The translations under genes and the position numbers were made by a program. Below, piece by piece: positions 49,333 through 60,573 of a stretch of DNA of 64,000 nt. The stretch is from a phage. The number at the start of each line of letters is the position of its first letter. Position 1 is the stretch's first letter. Where the stretch lies: the NCBI GenBank assembly GCA_019234695.1, contig GCA_019234695.1_3937.1. The stretch is one strand, 5' to 3'. The notes beneath the pieces were generated by a model, which made no database searches, was not told the DNA's origin, and saw only the letters and a program-made list of their open reading frames with translations.

Positions 49333-50187
49333 ATGTTTGAAAAGATTGATAGTGTTTATTATAAAACACTTGATGAAAGGACTGTAACACAGTTTAAAGA
49401 TAAATTTATCTATACAAGTATCTTGAAAGCAATCACTGATGAGCTACAAACACTAGAGGATGTTTGCTGGCAGATGCACACAGAGAGAAATATCAGGACG
49501 TCAGTAGGTCAACAACTTGATAATATTGGCTCACTGATTAAAGTTCCTAGACCTTTAGGTGCTGATGATGAAACATACAGAGCTATGCTTTATATCCAAA
49601 TCTTCCTAAGACGCTCTGACACCACCCCAACATTCTTGCAAAAAGCAATTATGACGCTATACGGTGCAACTTTCTCTCAGATTTTTGAGCATATTACTCC
49701 TAAGACTGGTGGTATCGTTATCCGTATCAACACTAGAAAAAGCGTTCTAGATGCTGCATATACACTATCAAAGATTTCTGCAACAACTACTGGCTCCGCT
49801 GTTATCTTAAGAGATGTTACTTTAAATGGAACTGCTTGGACTCCTGTAGAGGTTGCTGATTCATCACTTGCTATTGTTGATGATAAAGAGAACTGGTTTG
49901 TAACTGATGCTAACAGAGGTCTTGTCACAAATAACACTGGCGGCTCTCTGGAGTCCAACTTAGTAGGTAGTCTTGCAGATGCTGATGTTATTGATGGTTA
50001 CTTTAGGGTTGACAGAACAGCAAACTCACAGAGTGATGATTATATGACTGTAGATAGGTCCAATAATAGTGGCTATTTCATCGTTGGTAAAGAAGCTATT
50101 GCAGGTGGTGCATATGGAATCATGGCTGAGGTTGCACAAATTGTCAAAGGCAGAAAAGATAAATCACAACAAGAAGGAAATTCTTAA
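49333..50187 (+). CDS. baseplate/tail-fibre attachment protein candidate
   Basis: 284 aa between baseplate genes and tail fibres. Confidence 0.35.
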   Translation: MFEKIDSVYYKTLDERTVTQFKDKFIYTSILKAITDELQTLEDVCWQMHTERNIRTSVGQQLDNIGSLIKVPRPLGADDETYRAMLYIQIFLRRSDTTPTFLQKAIMTLYGATFSQIFEHITPKTGGIVIRINTRKSVLDAAYTLSKISATTTGSAVILRDVTLNGTAWTPVEVADSSLAIVDDKENWFVTDANRGLVTNNTGGSLESNLVGSLADADVIDGYFRVDRTANSQSDDYMTVDRSNNSGYFIVGKEAIAGGAYGIMAEVAQIVKGRKDKSQQEGNS

Positions 50188-50489
50188 TGGCAGTTTTAAA
50201 TTGGTCTACAAATGAAGTAGATACTGATGGTAACCAGTTAAAAGTTTTACCACCACCGGAAGTTCAAGAGACAGGTCTTTTAAAGGGTGAACCTATGGGT
50301 AGACAGTGGTTCAACTATATTATCAACTACCTGCTTAATAAAGTAAACGGCACTGTTGGTGAAGTTCGCTCATATGCAACTGAGCAACCAGATTTAGTGG
50401 CTAATGGCTGGAATCTGATTAAATCTGAGACAGGGACTGCATCAACAAGTACAGGAAACCTTTACACATATGAATATGTAGGAGCTTAA
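50187..50489 (+). CDS. hypothetical tail protein
   Basis: ORF track; overlapping start/stop. Confidence 0.4.
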   Translation: MAVLNWSTNEVDTDGNQLKVLPPPEVQETGLLKGEPMGRQWFNYIINYLLNKVNGTVGEVRSYATEQPDLVANGWNLIKSETGTASTSTGNLYTYEYVGA

Positions 50490-50491
50490 TA

Positions 50492-51667
50492 ATGGCAGTA
50501 GGTGAAATTCAAATTAGTGCCTTGCCACAAGCGGCCTTACCAGTTGATTTAAGTGATATCTTCCACCTTAAGCAAGGTGTTGAGGATAAAAGATGTACGC
50601 TTGAACAGTTGTTAGCACCTCACGCATCTCTGAGGAATAATCCTCATGGTGTAACCAAATCGCAAGTGGGTCTTGATAATGTTATTAACTCTCTCCAATT
50701 AGTTGCAGCCAATAACTTGTCAGACATTGTGAATGTTGCTGAGGCAAGAGCAAATCTACAAATTATGTCGTCAGAGGAAGTGAATAACTTAATTCAGCAG
50801 CATGTTGACGACAAAAGTAACCCACACAATACAACGAAAGCGCAGGTCGGTTTAAGTAATGTTCAGAACTGGACAACATCTAATCTGTACAATGAAGATG
50901 CTGATAAGTATGCTACCGCGAAAGCAGTTAATAATTTATACAAAGCTATCCAAGCGTCATATCCAGTAGGGACTATTCATCTATCTGTTAACTCTGCTAA
51001 CCCATCCACTTACTTGCTTTGTGGAGGTACTTGGGAGTTAGTTTCTAAAGGTAGAGCACTAGTTGGTTATGATACAGATTCTAGACCTGTTGGTTCAACG
51101 TTTGGTTCTCAGACTGTAGCATTAACAAATAATAATTTACCAGCACATACTCACTCTATCTATCTAACAGGTGGTGGTCATACACACTCTGCAAGTGTAT
51201 CTATCTCTAGTTTTGATTATGGTTCAAAAAGTACATCAACTTTTGATTACGGTACAAAAACGACTAATAGTGCTGGTGCTCACACTCACACGTTTAGTGG
51301 CACAACAAGTAATGCTGGTAACCACAACCATAGAGTCCCTATGAGGGGTAATGATAGGGGTGGCACAAACGCTATTACTGCATCTGCTGATGCTGGTGTT
51401 GGTAATGCTATGTATACTGATTTAGCTGGTGCTCACACCCATAGCTTCTCAGGTACAACTGCATCATCTGGTGCTCATAGCCATACTGTCGCAATTGGTG
51501 CTCACAGCCACACTGTTAATATTGGTTCGCACAGTCATACAGGTACTGTTACTGTTTCTAGCTCTGAGCATACACACTCAGGGACATCTGGTTCTGTTGG
51601 TGGTGGTCAAGCTTTCAGTGTTGAGCAGCCATCTTTTGTAGTGTATGTGTGGCAGAGAACAGCTTAA
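50492..51667 (+). CDS. tail fibre protein with His-X-His repeat C-terminal domain
   Basis: NPHG..K.QVGL.NV repeats near N-terminus; C-terminal GAHTHSFSGTT, GAHSHTVAIGAHSHTVNIGSHSHTG; tail ...WQRTA shared with next gene. Confidence 0.65.
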   Translation: MAVGEIQISALPQAALPVDLSDIFHLKQGVEDKRCTLEQLLAPHASLRNNPHGVTKSQVGLDNVINSLQLVAANNLSDIVNVAEARANLQIMSSEEVNNLIQQHVDDKSNPHNTTKAQVGLSNVQNWTTSNLYNEDADKYATAKAVNNLYKAIQASYPVGTIHLSVNSANPSTYLLCGGTWELVSKGRALVGYDTDSRPVGSTFGSQTVALTNNNLPAHTHSIYLTGGGHTHSASVSISSFDYGSKSTSTFDYGTKTTNSAGAHTHTFSGTTSNAGNHNHRVPMRGNDRGGTNAITASADAGVGNAMYTDLAGAHTHSFSGTTASSGAHSHTVAIGAHSHTVNIGSHSHTGTVTVSSSEHTHSGTSGSVGGGQAFSVEQPSFVVYVWQRTA

Positions 51668-51713
51668 TTTCTTTACAGGGGCTATAAAGCCCCTTTTAAG
51701 AGGAAAATTCATA

Positions 51714-54263
51714 ATGGCAGATTACAAATTGAGTCAATTAAACTCAATCGACACAATTCGTTCAGAAGACCTATTGCACATCAGAGTTAAGAAAAGACCT
51801 GAAATGTTGGGTGACGAAGACCGTAGAATGACCTATCAAGACTTCTTAGCTTCCTTCAAACTAGAAAGGTTTGTTCAGATTGCTGGGAGTACTATGGTTG
51901 GGGATTTAGGTATTGTCAAGTTACTTTACGGTGGTAAGGCAGTATTTGACCCAACAGGCTCTTCTGAGATTACTATTGGGGATATTTTAAAGACTTTTAA
52001 AATTAACTCAAATGGGCTTAAACTCACTATTGCAGATGCCACAAGGTCGGCAACTGTTTATCATACTTTGAATAAACCAAGCCCTAATGAACTTGGTATG
52101 AGAACTAATGAAGAGAATGATGCAAGATATGCAAGGCTTGCTGTTACAAACACATTCTCTGGAACTCAGAACATTCAAGGTGATGCTAACTTACTTCGTC
52201 TTAGAAACCAGAATGCAAATAATGCGCAATATATTGAGGGTGTGAACTTAGATGGTTCAGCTAGATGGTGGGTTGGTATTGGTAGTAATGGCTCTGATGA
52301 AGTAAAACTGTACAATAACAAATACAACTCAGCTTTGACTATTGCAAGCAATATCTCTGTTAATAAGTCTTTAGCAATCACTGGACAAGTTCAACCTTCA
52401 GATTTCTCTAACTTAGATGCTAGATACTTCACTCAGACAGTTGCTAATCAGAGATTTGCACAGTTAGCTGGCAATAATACTTTTACAGGTGCTAACACAT
52501 TTAGGACTATGAGTGTTATTTCAAATGCTGCTGCTATCACACTGCAATGTGCATCAGCAAACGAATCCCTGTATCTACTTGCAAAAGATTATGAAGGTGG
52601 AAACTTATGGTATCTTGGTAAAGGTAGTTCAGGTGCTGGTGTAACTATCTACAACTATACCACTAACACCTCTTTGGTCTTAGATGCTGCTGGAGTATCA
52701 GCAAATAAAAATGTCAGAATCACTGGACAAGTTCAACCTTCAGATTGGGCTAACATTGACTCTAGATATATTCCGGCAGCAACATTAAGTACAATTGCAA
52801 GAACTAATGCAAGGAATACTTTTAATGGTGTACAGACAGTTGTTACGGATAATGAAGGTCTGATTGTTAAAAACTCTACTCAGAATAGACCATTATATAT
52901 TCGTGGTGTGGACACTACTAATGTATCAAGATGGTGGATTGGTGTTGGTGGTGCTGATACGAATGATGTTACCCTAAATAACAGTTATTCTGGAACCCAA
53001 TTGGTTCTCGGAAATACAACATCATACATTAACAAAACATTGACTATTGCTGGACAAGTTCAACCTTCAGATTTCTCTAACTTAGATGCTAGATACTTTA
53101 CGCAAAGTGCTAGTGATAGCAGATACCTAAGAATCAGAAGTACTAGTTTTAATTTAGGAAACGGTGAAAAGTGGGCTAAAATCGCTACTGTTGTAATGCC
53201 ACAATCAACATCTACGGCAGTCATTGAGGTTTTTGGAGGTGCTGGTTTTAATGCGAATAACCCATACCAAGCAGGTAAGTGTGAAATTGTTTTACGAACG
53301 TCAAATAATAATCCAAAGGATTTAAATGCTGTAGCTTGGAGAACAGCAGATAATGCCCTCATCACGGATATTGGTTATATTAACACTTCTGGTGACACTT
53401 ATGATATTTACTGTAAGGTTGGTGGCTACCAAAATTCTACGGTATCTAGGGTTCAATCTTCTAGTAATGCAAGTGTACAGTTGTTTGAAGTACCGCAAAC
53501 ATTTGATGATGCTCCACAAGGTATTGTGAAGGGTACACTTGCAAGGTACTACACAAGTTTGCAAAAACCAACCCCTTCAGATATTGGTGCATACACTAAA
53601 GCAGAGACTGACCAGAAAATTGCAGAAGCAATTAGTGACTCTACAGACCTGAATAAAATCTATCCAGTAGGTATTGTGACGTGGTTTAACAGTAATGTCA
53701 ACCCAAACACAGCACTTCCTGGGTTAACTTGGACGTACCTGAATAATGGTGTTGGTAGAACTATTAGAATTGCAGCAGCAAACGGTTCAGATGTTGCTAC
53801 AACTGGTGGTTCAGACTCTGTAACGTTGTCTGTTGGTAACTTACCTTCACACACGCACAGCTTCTCTGCTACTACTTCATCATTTGACTATGGTACTAAG
53901 ACTTCTAGCACAACTGGTAACCACAACCACAACAGAGGTACTATGGAGATTACTGGTTCATTTGGTTACTTCAGAAGTGACGCTAGTAGCTTCTACACAG
54001 CAAGTGGTGCATTCTACCTCGGTAGTCAGGCAGGTTCTAAAGGGTATACTGGTAACAACTTTACTAATGGTATCCCTGTCAACTTCAACGCATCAAGAAA
54101 CTGGTCTGGTGTAACGAATACAACAGGTAACCACAGCCACACTGTTGGTATTGGTGCTCACAGCCACACAGTTAGCGGTAACACAGGTGGTACTGGTTCT
54201 GGTTCAGCATTTAGTGTTACTAACCAGTTCTATAAGTTAATGGCTTGGGTAAGAACTGCTTAA
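51714..54263 (+). CDS. large tail fibre protein with triplicated internal repeat and His-X-His C-terminus
   Basis: start moved to ATG 51714 (MADYKLSQ) after AAGAGGA RBS; three copies of ITGQVQPSDFSNLDARYFTQ; C-terminal GNHSHTVGIGAHSHTVSG ... WVRTA. Confidence 0.65.
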   Translation: MADYKLSQLNSIDTIRSEDLLHIRVKKRPEMLGDEDRRMTYQDFLASFKLERFVQIAGSTMVGDLGIVKLLYGGKAVFDPTGSSEITIGDILKTFKINSNGLKLTIADATRSATVYHTLNKPSPNELGMRTNEENDARYARLAVTNTFSGTQNIQGDANLLRLRNQNANNAQYIEGVNLDGSARWWVGIGSNGSDEVKLYNNKYNSALTIASNISVNKSLAITGQVQPSDFSNLDARYFTQTVANQRFAQLAGNNTFTGANTFRTMSVISNAAAITLQCASANESLYLLAKDYEGGNLWYLGKGSSGAGVTIYNYTTNTSLVLDAAGVSANKNVRITGQVQPSDWANIDSRYIPAATLSTIARTNARNTFNGVQTVVTDNEGLIVKNSTQNRPLYIRGVDTTNVSRWWIGVGGADTNDVTLNNSYSGTQLVLGNTTSYINKTLTIAGQVQPSDFSNLDARYFTQSASDSRYLRIRSTSFNLGNGEKWAKIATVVMPQSTSTAVIEVFGGAGFNANNPYQAGKCEIVLRTSNNNPKDLNAVAWRTADNALITDIGYINTSGDTYDIYCKVGGYQNSTVSRVQSSSNASVQLFEVPQTFDDAPQGIVKGTLARYYTSLQKPTPSDIGAYTKAETDQKIAEAISDSTDLNKIYPVGIVTWFNSNVNPNTALPGLTWTYLNNGVGRTIRIAAANGSDVATTGGSDSVTLSVGNLPSHTHSFSATTSSFDYGTKTSSTTGNHNHNRGTMEITGSFGYFRSDASSFYTASGAFYLGSQAGSKGYTGNNFTNGIPVNFNASRNWSGVTNTTGNHSHTVGIGAHSHTVSGNTGGTGSGSAFSVTNQFYKLMAWVRTA

Positions 54264-54342
54264 TCACTTGTTGACTGATTGTTAAGATGGTGTTAATATT
54301 CTTTATGGGTATTCTCACCATCTTGGCTGATGAGGTGATTAA

Positions 54343-54537
54343 ATGCCTACAATCCTAGCAATTCTTCTAAAAAATCTAGGTAGCTTCTTCTGGAAACTCA
54401 TTTTATCCCTTCTAAGTGAATACATGATTGAGAAAGTGTTCTTTAAGCTTGCAAGATACCTTGCGAGTAAAACAGATACACCTATTGATGATGAGTTCGT
54501 AGATAACTTAGAAAAAGCTTTTAAGGGGGAGAAATAA
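54343..54537 (+). CDS. small membrane protein (possible lysis-associated)
   Basis: 64 aa with hydrophobic N-terminus; function not established. Confidence 0.35.
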   Translation: MPTILAILLKNLGSFFWKLILSLLSEYMIEKVFFKLARYLASKTDTPIDDEFVDNLEKAFKGEK

Positions 54538-54909
54538 ATGAAGTGGCTAGAGGAAGCTTTTAAAAATAATATTGGTGCAATTGTAGTTGGTATTTTTAGT
54601 GTTATTGGGATGTATACCACTATGCAAGTCTCAAGTGGTAAGCAGGAAGTGTCTGTCACAACAAAGTTACAGCAGCTAGATAATTATTCCAAAAGTAACT
54701 ATTCAGCTATTCGTGATTTACAGTCTGACATGAGATTGATTCAGCTAGGGATGGAGAACCAGAAAGTTCAGTTAGAGAATGTTAAGGGTGAAAACGCAAA
54801 ACTTACCAAAACCCTTGATAAATTCTCTGACAGTGTGAACAATCTGGCTCAATCAGTATCAGCCTTGCAAGCTATTACTGAAAAGAACACAAAGAATACT
54901 GAAAAATAA
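54538..54909 (+). CDS. small membrane-anchored coiled-coil protein
   Basis: N-terminal TM IGAIVVGIFSVIGMY then helical region; followed by bidirectional terminator. Confidence 0.45.
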   Translation: MKWLEEAFKNNIGAIVVGIFSVIGMYTTMQVSSGKQEVSVTTKLQQLDNYSKSNYSAIRDLQSDMRLIQLGMENQKVQLENVKGENAKLTKTLDKFSDSVNNLAQSVSALQAITEKNTKNTEK

Positions 54910-54915
54910 AATTTA

Positions 54916-54943
54916 AGGCTCCCGTAAAAAGGAGCCTTTTTTG
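54916..54943. terminator. bidirectional terminator between convergent blocks
   Basis: GGCTCC-CGTAAAAA-GGAGCC followed by TTTTTT. Confidence 0.65.
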
Positions 54944-54946
54944 TTT

Positions 54947-55846
54947 TTACTTACCTACTGACAGAGGTGCTTCAATCTTTCCTGCATGTTGGTAGTTGTA
55001 AATGCCACCAATAAAATCACTTGCAGTAAGGTGTTTTAGGTCACTTAGTGTGTTAAGTGGTACACCAATCTCAAAAGTAGGTGCATGGAACTCTTCATTG
55101 TTCATCAGTTCATAAACCTGCTTCATATGGTTCTGATAAATCTGGGTATCCCCAAAGACACCTATCAAGTACCGTGGAGTGTATCCAGTCATCTTGCAAA
55201 GAACTTCTAAGATGAAGCCATAAGACGCAATGTTAAATGGAAGCCCTAAAAAGGTGTCTACAGAACGTTGATACCATTGCAAGTCAACTTCACCTTCGTT
55301 AGTGATATAAATCTGAAACAGAACATGACAAGGTGCTAAAGCCATTGAGTTTGCTGCGATATCTGCTGCATTCCAAGCATTAACAAGCATGTATCGGTCT
55401 GTGATATCACCATTCATCTTCGTTACTAAGGTCTCTAGCTGGTCTACAACACAACCGTTATGCCCTTCAAAGTTTCTCCACTGAACTCCATAGATTCTCC
55501 CACCTGCATCCTCTAACCAATCTTGTTCAGAAGAATAATTAGAGCTTAACCAACGTTTAAAATCATCTGACCAGATAGTCCAGCGTTCTCCGTCATTTTC
55601 ATCCCAAGTACGGTAACGAAGTTCACCCAGCTTATTCTCACCATTCAGGAACCATAAAGCCTCCCCAATAACTTGCCGTGTAAACACCTGTTTAGATGTT
55701 AAGAGCGGGAAACCAGTCCTCATATCAAAACGAAACTGAGGTGGAGCAAAAGCAGAGATAACATCTCCAGTTCGTGTAGTACGCAGTTCACCAACGGATA
55801 AAACATGGTTCAGGATATTTTTGTAACTTGTATCTGCTTGTGACAT
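54947..55846 (-). CDS. thyA: thymidylate synthase (ThyA family)
   Basis: FPLLTSKQVFTRQVIGEALWFLNGENK and active-site-like ALAPCHVLFQIY match ThyA motifs; adjacent to DHFR. Confidence 0.75.
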   Translation of the reverse strand: MSQADTSYKNILNHVLSVGELRTTRTGDVISAFAPPQFRFDMRTGFPLLTSKQVFTRQVIGEALWFLNGENKLGELRYRTWDENDGERWTIWSDDFKRWLSSNYSSEQDWLEDAGGRIYGVQWRNFEGHNGCVVDQLETLVTKMNGDITDRYMLVNAWNAADIAANSMALAPCHVLFQIYITNEGEVDLQWYQRSVDTFLGLPFNIASYGFILEVLCKMTGYTPRYLIGVFGDTQIYQNHMKQVYELMNNEEFHAPTFEIGVPLNTLSDLKHLTASDFIGGIYNYQHAGKIEAPLSVGK

Positions 55847-55847
55847 A

Positions 55848-56393
55848 TCAAAAGTGTCCTTTTACTTGTGGAACATAAATTTCAAAAGTTGCTTTACCAT
55901 CCTCTGATGGTTTTGACTGTACCTTTGTAAACACACGGTTATCATACAGCTTCTCAAAGAAGTTTTCAAAAGGTAAATGCACAGTGGCCTCTTCAGTAAC
56001 TTTATGGAAAACAGTATGGAACACCACACTAGCATATGGTAAAGCATTGACAAGGATACCTGCACCACCAATTACAAAGACATCTTCATCAATAGAGCTA
56101 TCAAGATACTTCAAAAATGCTCCAAATGACTCTTTACTGGCTTTAGCATACATTACATCATCTTTGCCAAAGTCTATGCCTAAGTATGGTACAGAATTTG
56201 TTAAGATGAGGTTTGCACGTTCTGGTAAAGGTTTACTACCCAGAGTCTTAAAAGTCTCATTACCCATGACTACTAAGTTATTTTTAGTGAGTCTCTTAAA
56301 CTCTTGCATGTCCTGTTTATGTCGAGGCCACGGCATACCAGTCGGTGTACCAAATTCACCGTTTTCACCACTTGCAAATATTAGCTTAATCAT
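55848..56393 (-). CDS. frd: dihydrofolate reductase
   Basis: MIKLIFASGENGEFG...MPW...LVVMGNETF DHFR N-terminal signature; 2-nt spacing to thyA. Confidence 0.8.
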   Translation of the reverse strand: MIKLIFASGENGEFGTPTGMPWPRHKQDMQEFKRLTKNNLVVMGNETFKTLGSKPLPERANLILTNSVPYLGIDFGKDDVMYAKASKESFGAFLKYLDSSIDEDVFVIGGAGILVNALPYASVVFHTVFHKVTEEATVHLPFENFFEKLYDNRVFTKVQSKPSEDGKATFEIYVPQVKGHF

Positions 56394-56650
56394 TTTGTAA
56401 ACCCTTTCTTAATGAACCAGTTGATAACATTCTTCACAGCTTTATTGCTGTGGTAGATTAAGTGTGGTGTAGGTTGGTATGAACCATAGGCCCAGAATGA
56501 TAGATGCTCACCACAACCAACACATGTAGTACTTTCTTCAGCTATATGGCCATTAACAATCACATGAACTTCACCTTGTAAGTCTGTACACCCACAATGT
56601 GGACATCGGATAGGTGTTCCGTCAGGCTCATAGCAGTGTTCAATTTTCAT
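56390..56650 (-). CDS. small zinc-ribbon protein
   Basis: CPHCGC ... CVGCGEH. Confidence 0.45.
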   Translation of the reverse strand: MKIEHCYEPDGTPIRCPHCGCTDLQGEVHVIVNGHIAEESTTCVGCGEHLSFWAYGSYQPTPHLIYHSNKAVKNVINWFIKKGFTK

Positions 56651-57166
56651 TTATTTAACCTCAAAAACTGGTTCAAGAACCAATATAAAGTCTACACAGT
56701 CATCTTCTTCATCCAGAATACCATCAAAGTTCTTAGGAACGAAGTCGAAGAGGCTCATCACAAAACAGTCAGAAGTAACCCTGATAGTTCCTCCAATGTT
56801 CTCTACAGTCAATACTGTACGACTTTCTTTCACCTCCCGAAGAAGATTACTCACAAAGTCATCTAAGAAGTACTTCATCAGCGACTTGAAACCTTTAGGG
56901 TAATCTGTACCAGAGTATGTTTCAATCTGAGGGACAAGCTTAACATTTATGCTAGTCTTTGTTAAGAATGCACTAGAGAACATACTGTCAGGTAGTTTAC
57001 AAACAATCTTTCCAGTACCTTCATGTTCAATCTCAACAAAACCAGCTTCATCGCCACATGTAACTATTTTAAAAGACGCTTCATTCTCACCCTGTGAAGC
57101 CATAAACTTTTTAAGCATCACTTTAAGGAAGTCTGCATGAGCATCTTGTAAGTAGATATCAATCAT
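56651..57166 (-). CDS. hypothetical protein
   Basis: ORF track. Confidence 0.5.
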   Translation of the reverse strand: MIDIYLQDAHADFLKVMLKKFMASQGENEASFKIVTCGDEAGFVEIEHEGTGKIVCKLPDSMFSSAFLTKTSINVKLVPQIETYSGTDYPKGFKSLMKYFLDDFVSNLLREVKESRTVLTVENIGGTIRVTSDCFVMSLFDFVPKNFDGILDEEDDCVDFILVLEPVFEVK

Positions 57167-57179
57167 AGTTAATCACCTA

Positions 57180-57539
57180 TTAAGGGAACAAACACTTAAT
57201 GTCATCGTTTTTGAAAACGAAACTTGTATAGTTGTGACCGTCAACATCCAGCCAAACAGCCTGAACATCTACACCATCAAGATTGTGGTAAAGTTCTTTG
57301 ATGAAGTGGTCTTTCACAATCTGGCTGCTAGTTGTTTCCAGCTTAATATTTGAGATTGCTGAACCTACAGCCATATAACCCATGACACGTTTCTTCTCAG
57401 TATGCTTAATCTTACCATCTTTGTAAGCCATAATGAGATTGGAAAGAATTTTTACACCGTAGTACTTTTCAAGGTGAGTAGGTGCACCATAAAAGCCTAA
57501 TGCGAAGTTTTCAGAGTGGATAATGTTTTCACGTTTCAT
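57180..57539 (-). CDS. hypothetical protein
   Basis: ORF track. Confidence 0.5.
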   Translation of the reverse strand: MKRENIIHSENFALGFYGAPTHLEKYYGVKILSNLIMAYKDGKIKHTEKKRVMGYMAVGSAISNIKLETTSSQIVKDHFIKELYHNLDGVDVQAVWLDVDGHNYTSFVFKNDDIKCLFP

Positions 57540-57540
57540 A

Positions 57541-57870
57541 TTAATCTGCCAACCTTAAATTGAAATTAACACCAAATTTTTCACACACTTCCAACATATA
57601 CTCAAGAGAGACATTCCCAGTGAGGTGGATTATGTTGGATACACGAGCTTGAGAGATACCACAAATTTTAGCGACTTGCTCTTGAGAAAGACCTCTGGAT
57701 TTAATCTCTCTCTTAAAACGATGTGCAACGAAGTCTCTCATTTCGTCTACATCCATTGGACAAATATAACTCTCCATTTCAGCCTCTCTATCAGCCTCCC
57801 AATCATCTTGTGGAGCATAAGGGTCAAAAACCTCATTCATCTTTCTTCTTCCGTTTACGTGGAGTATCAA
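57541..57870 (-). CDS. HTH (XRE-like) DNA-binding protein
   Basis: LSQEQVAKICGISQARVSNI helix-turn-helix signature. Confidence 0.5.
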   Translation of the reverse strand: MILHVNGRRKMNEVFDPYAPQDDWEADREAEMESYICPMDVDEMRDFVAHRFKREIKSRGLSQEQVAKICGISQARVSNIIHLTGNVSLEYMLEVCEKFGVNFNLRLAD

Positions 57871-58045
57871 TTAATGAGTCTATGTTTGTAGCTCTGACCT
57901 TTTCACGTTCATCATTAAGATAATCATCAAGAGCCTTTTCAATCTGTGAATCATCTTGACAGATGACTGTAAAGACTGTAAAGCCGTCTGTATCGTCAAT
58001 TATCTTACCATAACCGCTTCTGGGATGTAACTTTTTAAGAGCCAT
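57833..58045 (-). CDS. hypothetical small protein
   Basis: ORF track. Confidence 0.35.
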   Translation of the reverse strand: MALKKLHPRSGYGKIIDDTDGFTVFTVICQDDSQIEKALDDYLNDEREKVRATNIDSLIDTPRKRKKKDE

Positions 58046-58046
58046 A

Positions 58047-58430
58047 TCAAATACCTGTGCAGCTTCTGTTTTCTAAGAAATACTCAACACCATACATAGC
58101 TTTTTGCATCAAATCTTCTTTAAACTGGATACGGTGGCTGAGCATCGCCTGTACATCAATATCATCATGGTGCTTCTCTTTAATATTTGCAGATTGCAGG
58201 AAATACTCTGCAAGAACGCGATATTGATAGTCAGTCACCTTATCAGTCATCTCTGTCAAAGACTCTTCAGAGATTGGTTTCAGTAGCTCACCATTAGCTA
58301 GAGCAACACCTTTTACAATCTGACAAGTATCCTCTGGGACACCTGATAAGTTCACATTTGGCAGTTCTGTTGCATTGACTGGTAAATTCATTGCCATAAC
58401 CATTGCAGCAGCTAATAAAATCTTTTTCAT
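58047..58430 (-). CDS. secreted/periplasmic hypothetical protein
   Basis: signal peptide MKKILLAAAMVMAMNLPVNA. Confidence 0.5.
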   Translation of the reverse strand: MKKILLAAAMVMAMNLPVNATELPNVNLSGVPEDTCQIVKGVALANGELLKPISEESLTEMTDKVTDYQYRVLAEYFLQSANIKEKHHDDIDVQAMLSHRIQFKEDLMQKAMYGVEYFLENRSCTGI

Positions 58431-58544
58431 AATGACCTCAAAGTTATATTAAATTTTGTATTACATTGAGTATAAAAATAAGCTATAACACCTGACTTGT
58501 CAACAGATTTTATAGCTTATTTGGCAGATTTTTTATAAGGCTAC

Positions 58545-58930
58545 TGCCATCCTTCCATACCTTACTTTACCACACCTAACCATACCTAACCAAACTATAC
58601 CATACAATACCTTGTTAAAAGACCCTTTTAAAGACCTTTTAAAAAGGTAAGTCTCATTTTAATGTAGCTGAGACTAACTACCCATACATTACCTTACCAT
58701 ACCAGACCTCACCCTACCTTAACTTACCTTACTCTATCCTACCAAACACCACTTAAAAACCCTCTTAGAAGACTCTTAAGTGATGTAATCGGATTTTTAT
58801 GTAGCTCCGATTAACTACCCATACCAAGCCTAACCTGACCGCACCAAACCTTACAACACCACACCATACCTGACCATACCAAACCTCATTAAAAGACCCT
58901 CTTAAAGACCTTTTAAAAAGGAGCCTCCGA
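58545..58930. repeat. G-depleted (C/A/T-rich) tracts with conserved-loop hairpins, region 1
   Basis: plus strand nearly lacks G over long CCATACC-type runs; hairpins at ~58660-58687 and ~58787-58814 share loop TTTWATGTAGC. Confidence 0.6.
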
Positions 58931-58941
58931 AGAGGCTACCT
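58914..58941 (-). terminator. terminator-like hairpin downstream of 58949..59389 (minus strand)
   Basis: minus strand reads AGCCTCTTCGGAGGCT then CCTTTTT. Confidence 0.45.
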
Positions 58942-58948
58942 AGTCAAC

Positions 58949-59389
58949 TTAGAAAGGTTTTCTACGTTGCTTGTTAATGTTAGCTTTCATAGCAGCTAAA
59001 TGGTTTTGCTGTTCAATCAGTCGTGAGCGTTCTTGATGGCTAAGTGCCATAGTGTTCACATTCTCAATTGCTTGAGTGGCTTGCTTTAAAGCGCGACCAA
59101 TCTTACCAGACATTTTACGTTTTGCAATAGTTGCTTGATGCTTAGGTTCAACCACACGATAACCAACACCCATTGAAGCAACCAGATAAATCTTCTCTTC
59201 TTTAAGAAGCTTCTCAATAAACTTCTCAAGTCGGTTTAGACGTGTAAGCGCATAAGCCTTCATTTCATCTTCGTACTTAACAATGTCACCTTGATAAGTT
59301 GGCTTCACAATACCTAAGAAGGTGTCCATCTCAGAGTGTGATACAGTGTCACCGTAACTAAACTTTGCTGCTAATGCTTTTGTATTCAT
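58949..59389 (-). CDS. hypothetical protein
   Basis: ORF track; followed on minus strand by hairpin plus T-tract. Confidence 0.5.
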   Translation of the reverse strand: MNTKALAAKFSYGDTVSHSEMDTFLGIVKPTYQGDIVKYEDEMKAYALTRLNRLEKFIEKLLKEEKIYLVASMGVGYRVVEPKHQATIAKRKMSGKIGRALKQATQAIENVNTMALSHQERSRLIEQQNHLAAMKANINKQRRKPF

Positions 59390-59391
59390 AA

Positions 59392-59997
<606 letters not shown>

Positions 59998-60074
59998 TTA
60001 GTTGATTGTTAAGTTGTTTGTAAAGAACCCTCAACAGAAGACTCTTTAGAAACTTGGTAGATTTTTAACGTGGC

Positions 60075-60360
60075 TACTACCATCCACCCATACCATACCG
60101 AACCTTACCTTACCAAACCAGACCGCGCCTTACCAAACCAGACCAAACATTACTTTACCCTACCTCATTAAAAAACCCTCTTAAAGACCTTTTAAAAAGG
60201 TAAGTCTCATTTTAATGTAGATGAGACTAACTACCCATACTGTACCGCACCTGACCCGACCTGACCAGACCTAGCATTACCGTGCCACACCGTACCGAAC
60301 AGAACACTACCATACCTCACATCACTTAAAAACCATCTTAGAAGACTCTTAAGTGATGCT
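60075..60360. repeat. G-depleted tracts with conserved-loop hairpin, region 2
   Basis: 60165-60240 near-identical to 58615-58687; CACTTAAAAACC.TCTTAGAAGACTCTTAAGTG at 60322-60358 matches 58749-58787. Confidence 0.6.
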
Positions 60361-60573
60361 GGTGAGTACCCGTTGGTTTATGCTGCTCAGTATACTCACC
60401 AAATTTTCTATGTCAACAACTTTTTATAAAAAAGTTCTGATAGCTATATGTGTCACGAAACAAAAGATTGTAAACAAGACACCCATTGCAAAAGATGTGT
60501 CCAAAAGCTTACTTGCAACGTATGACAATACAAAGACAACCAGTATAAACAGAATGACTGTACTGAACATAGT

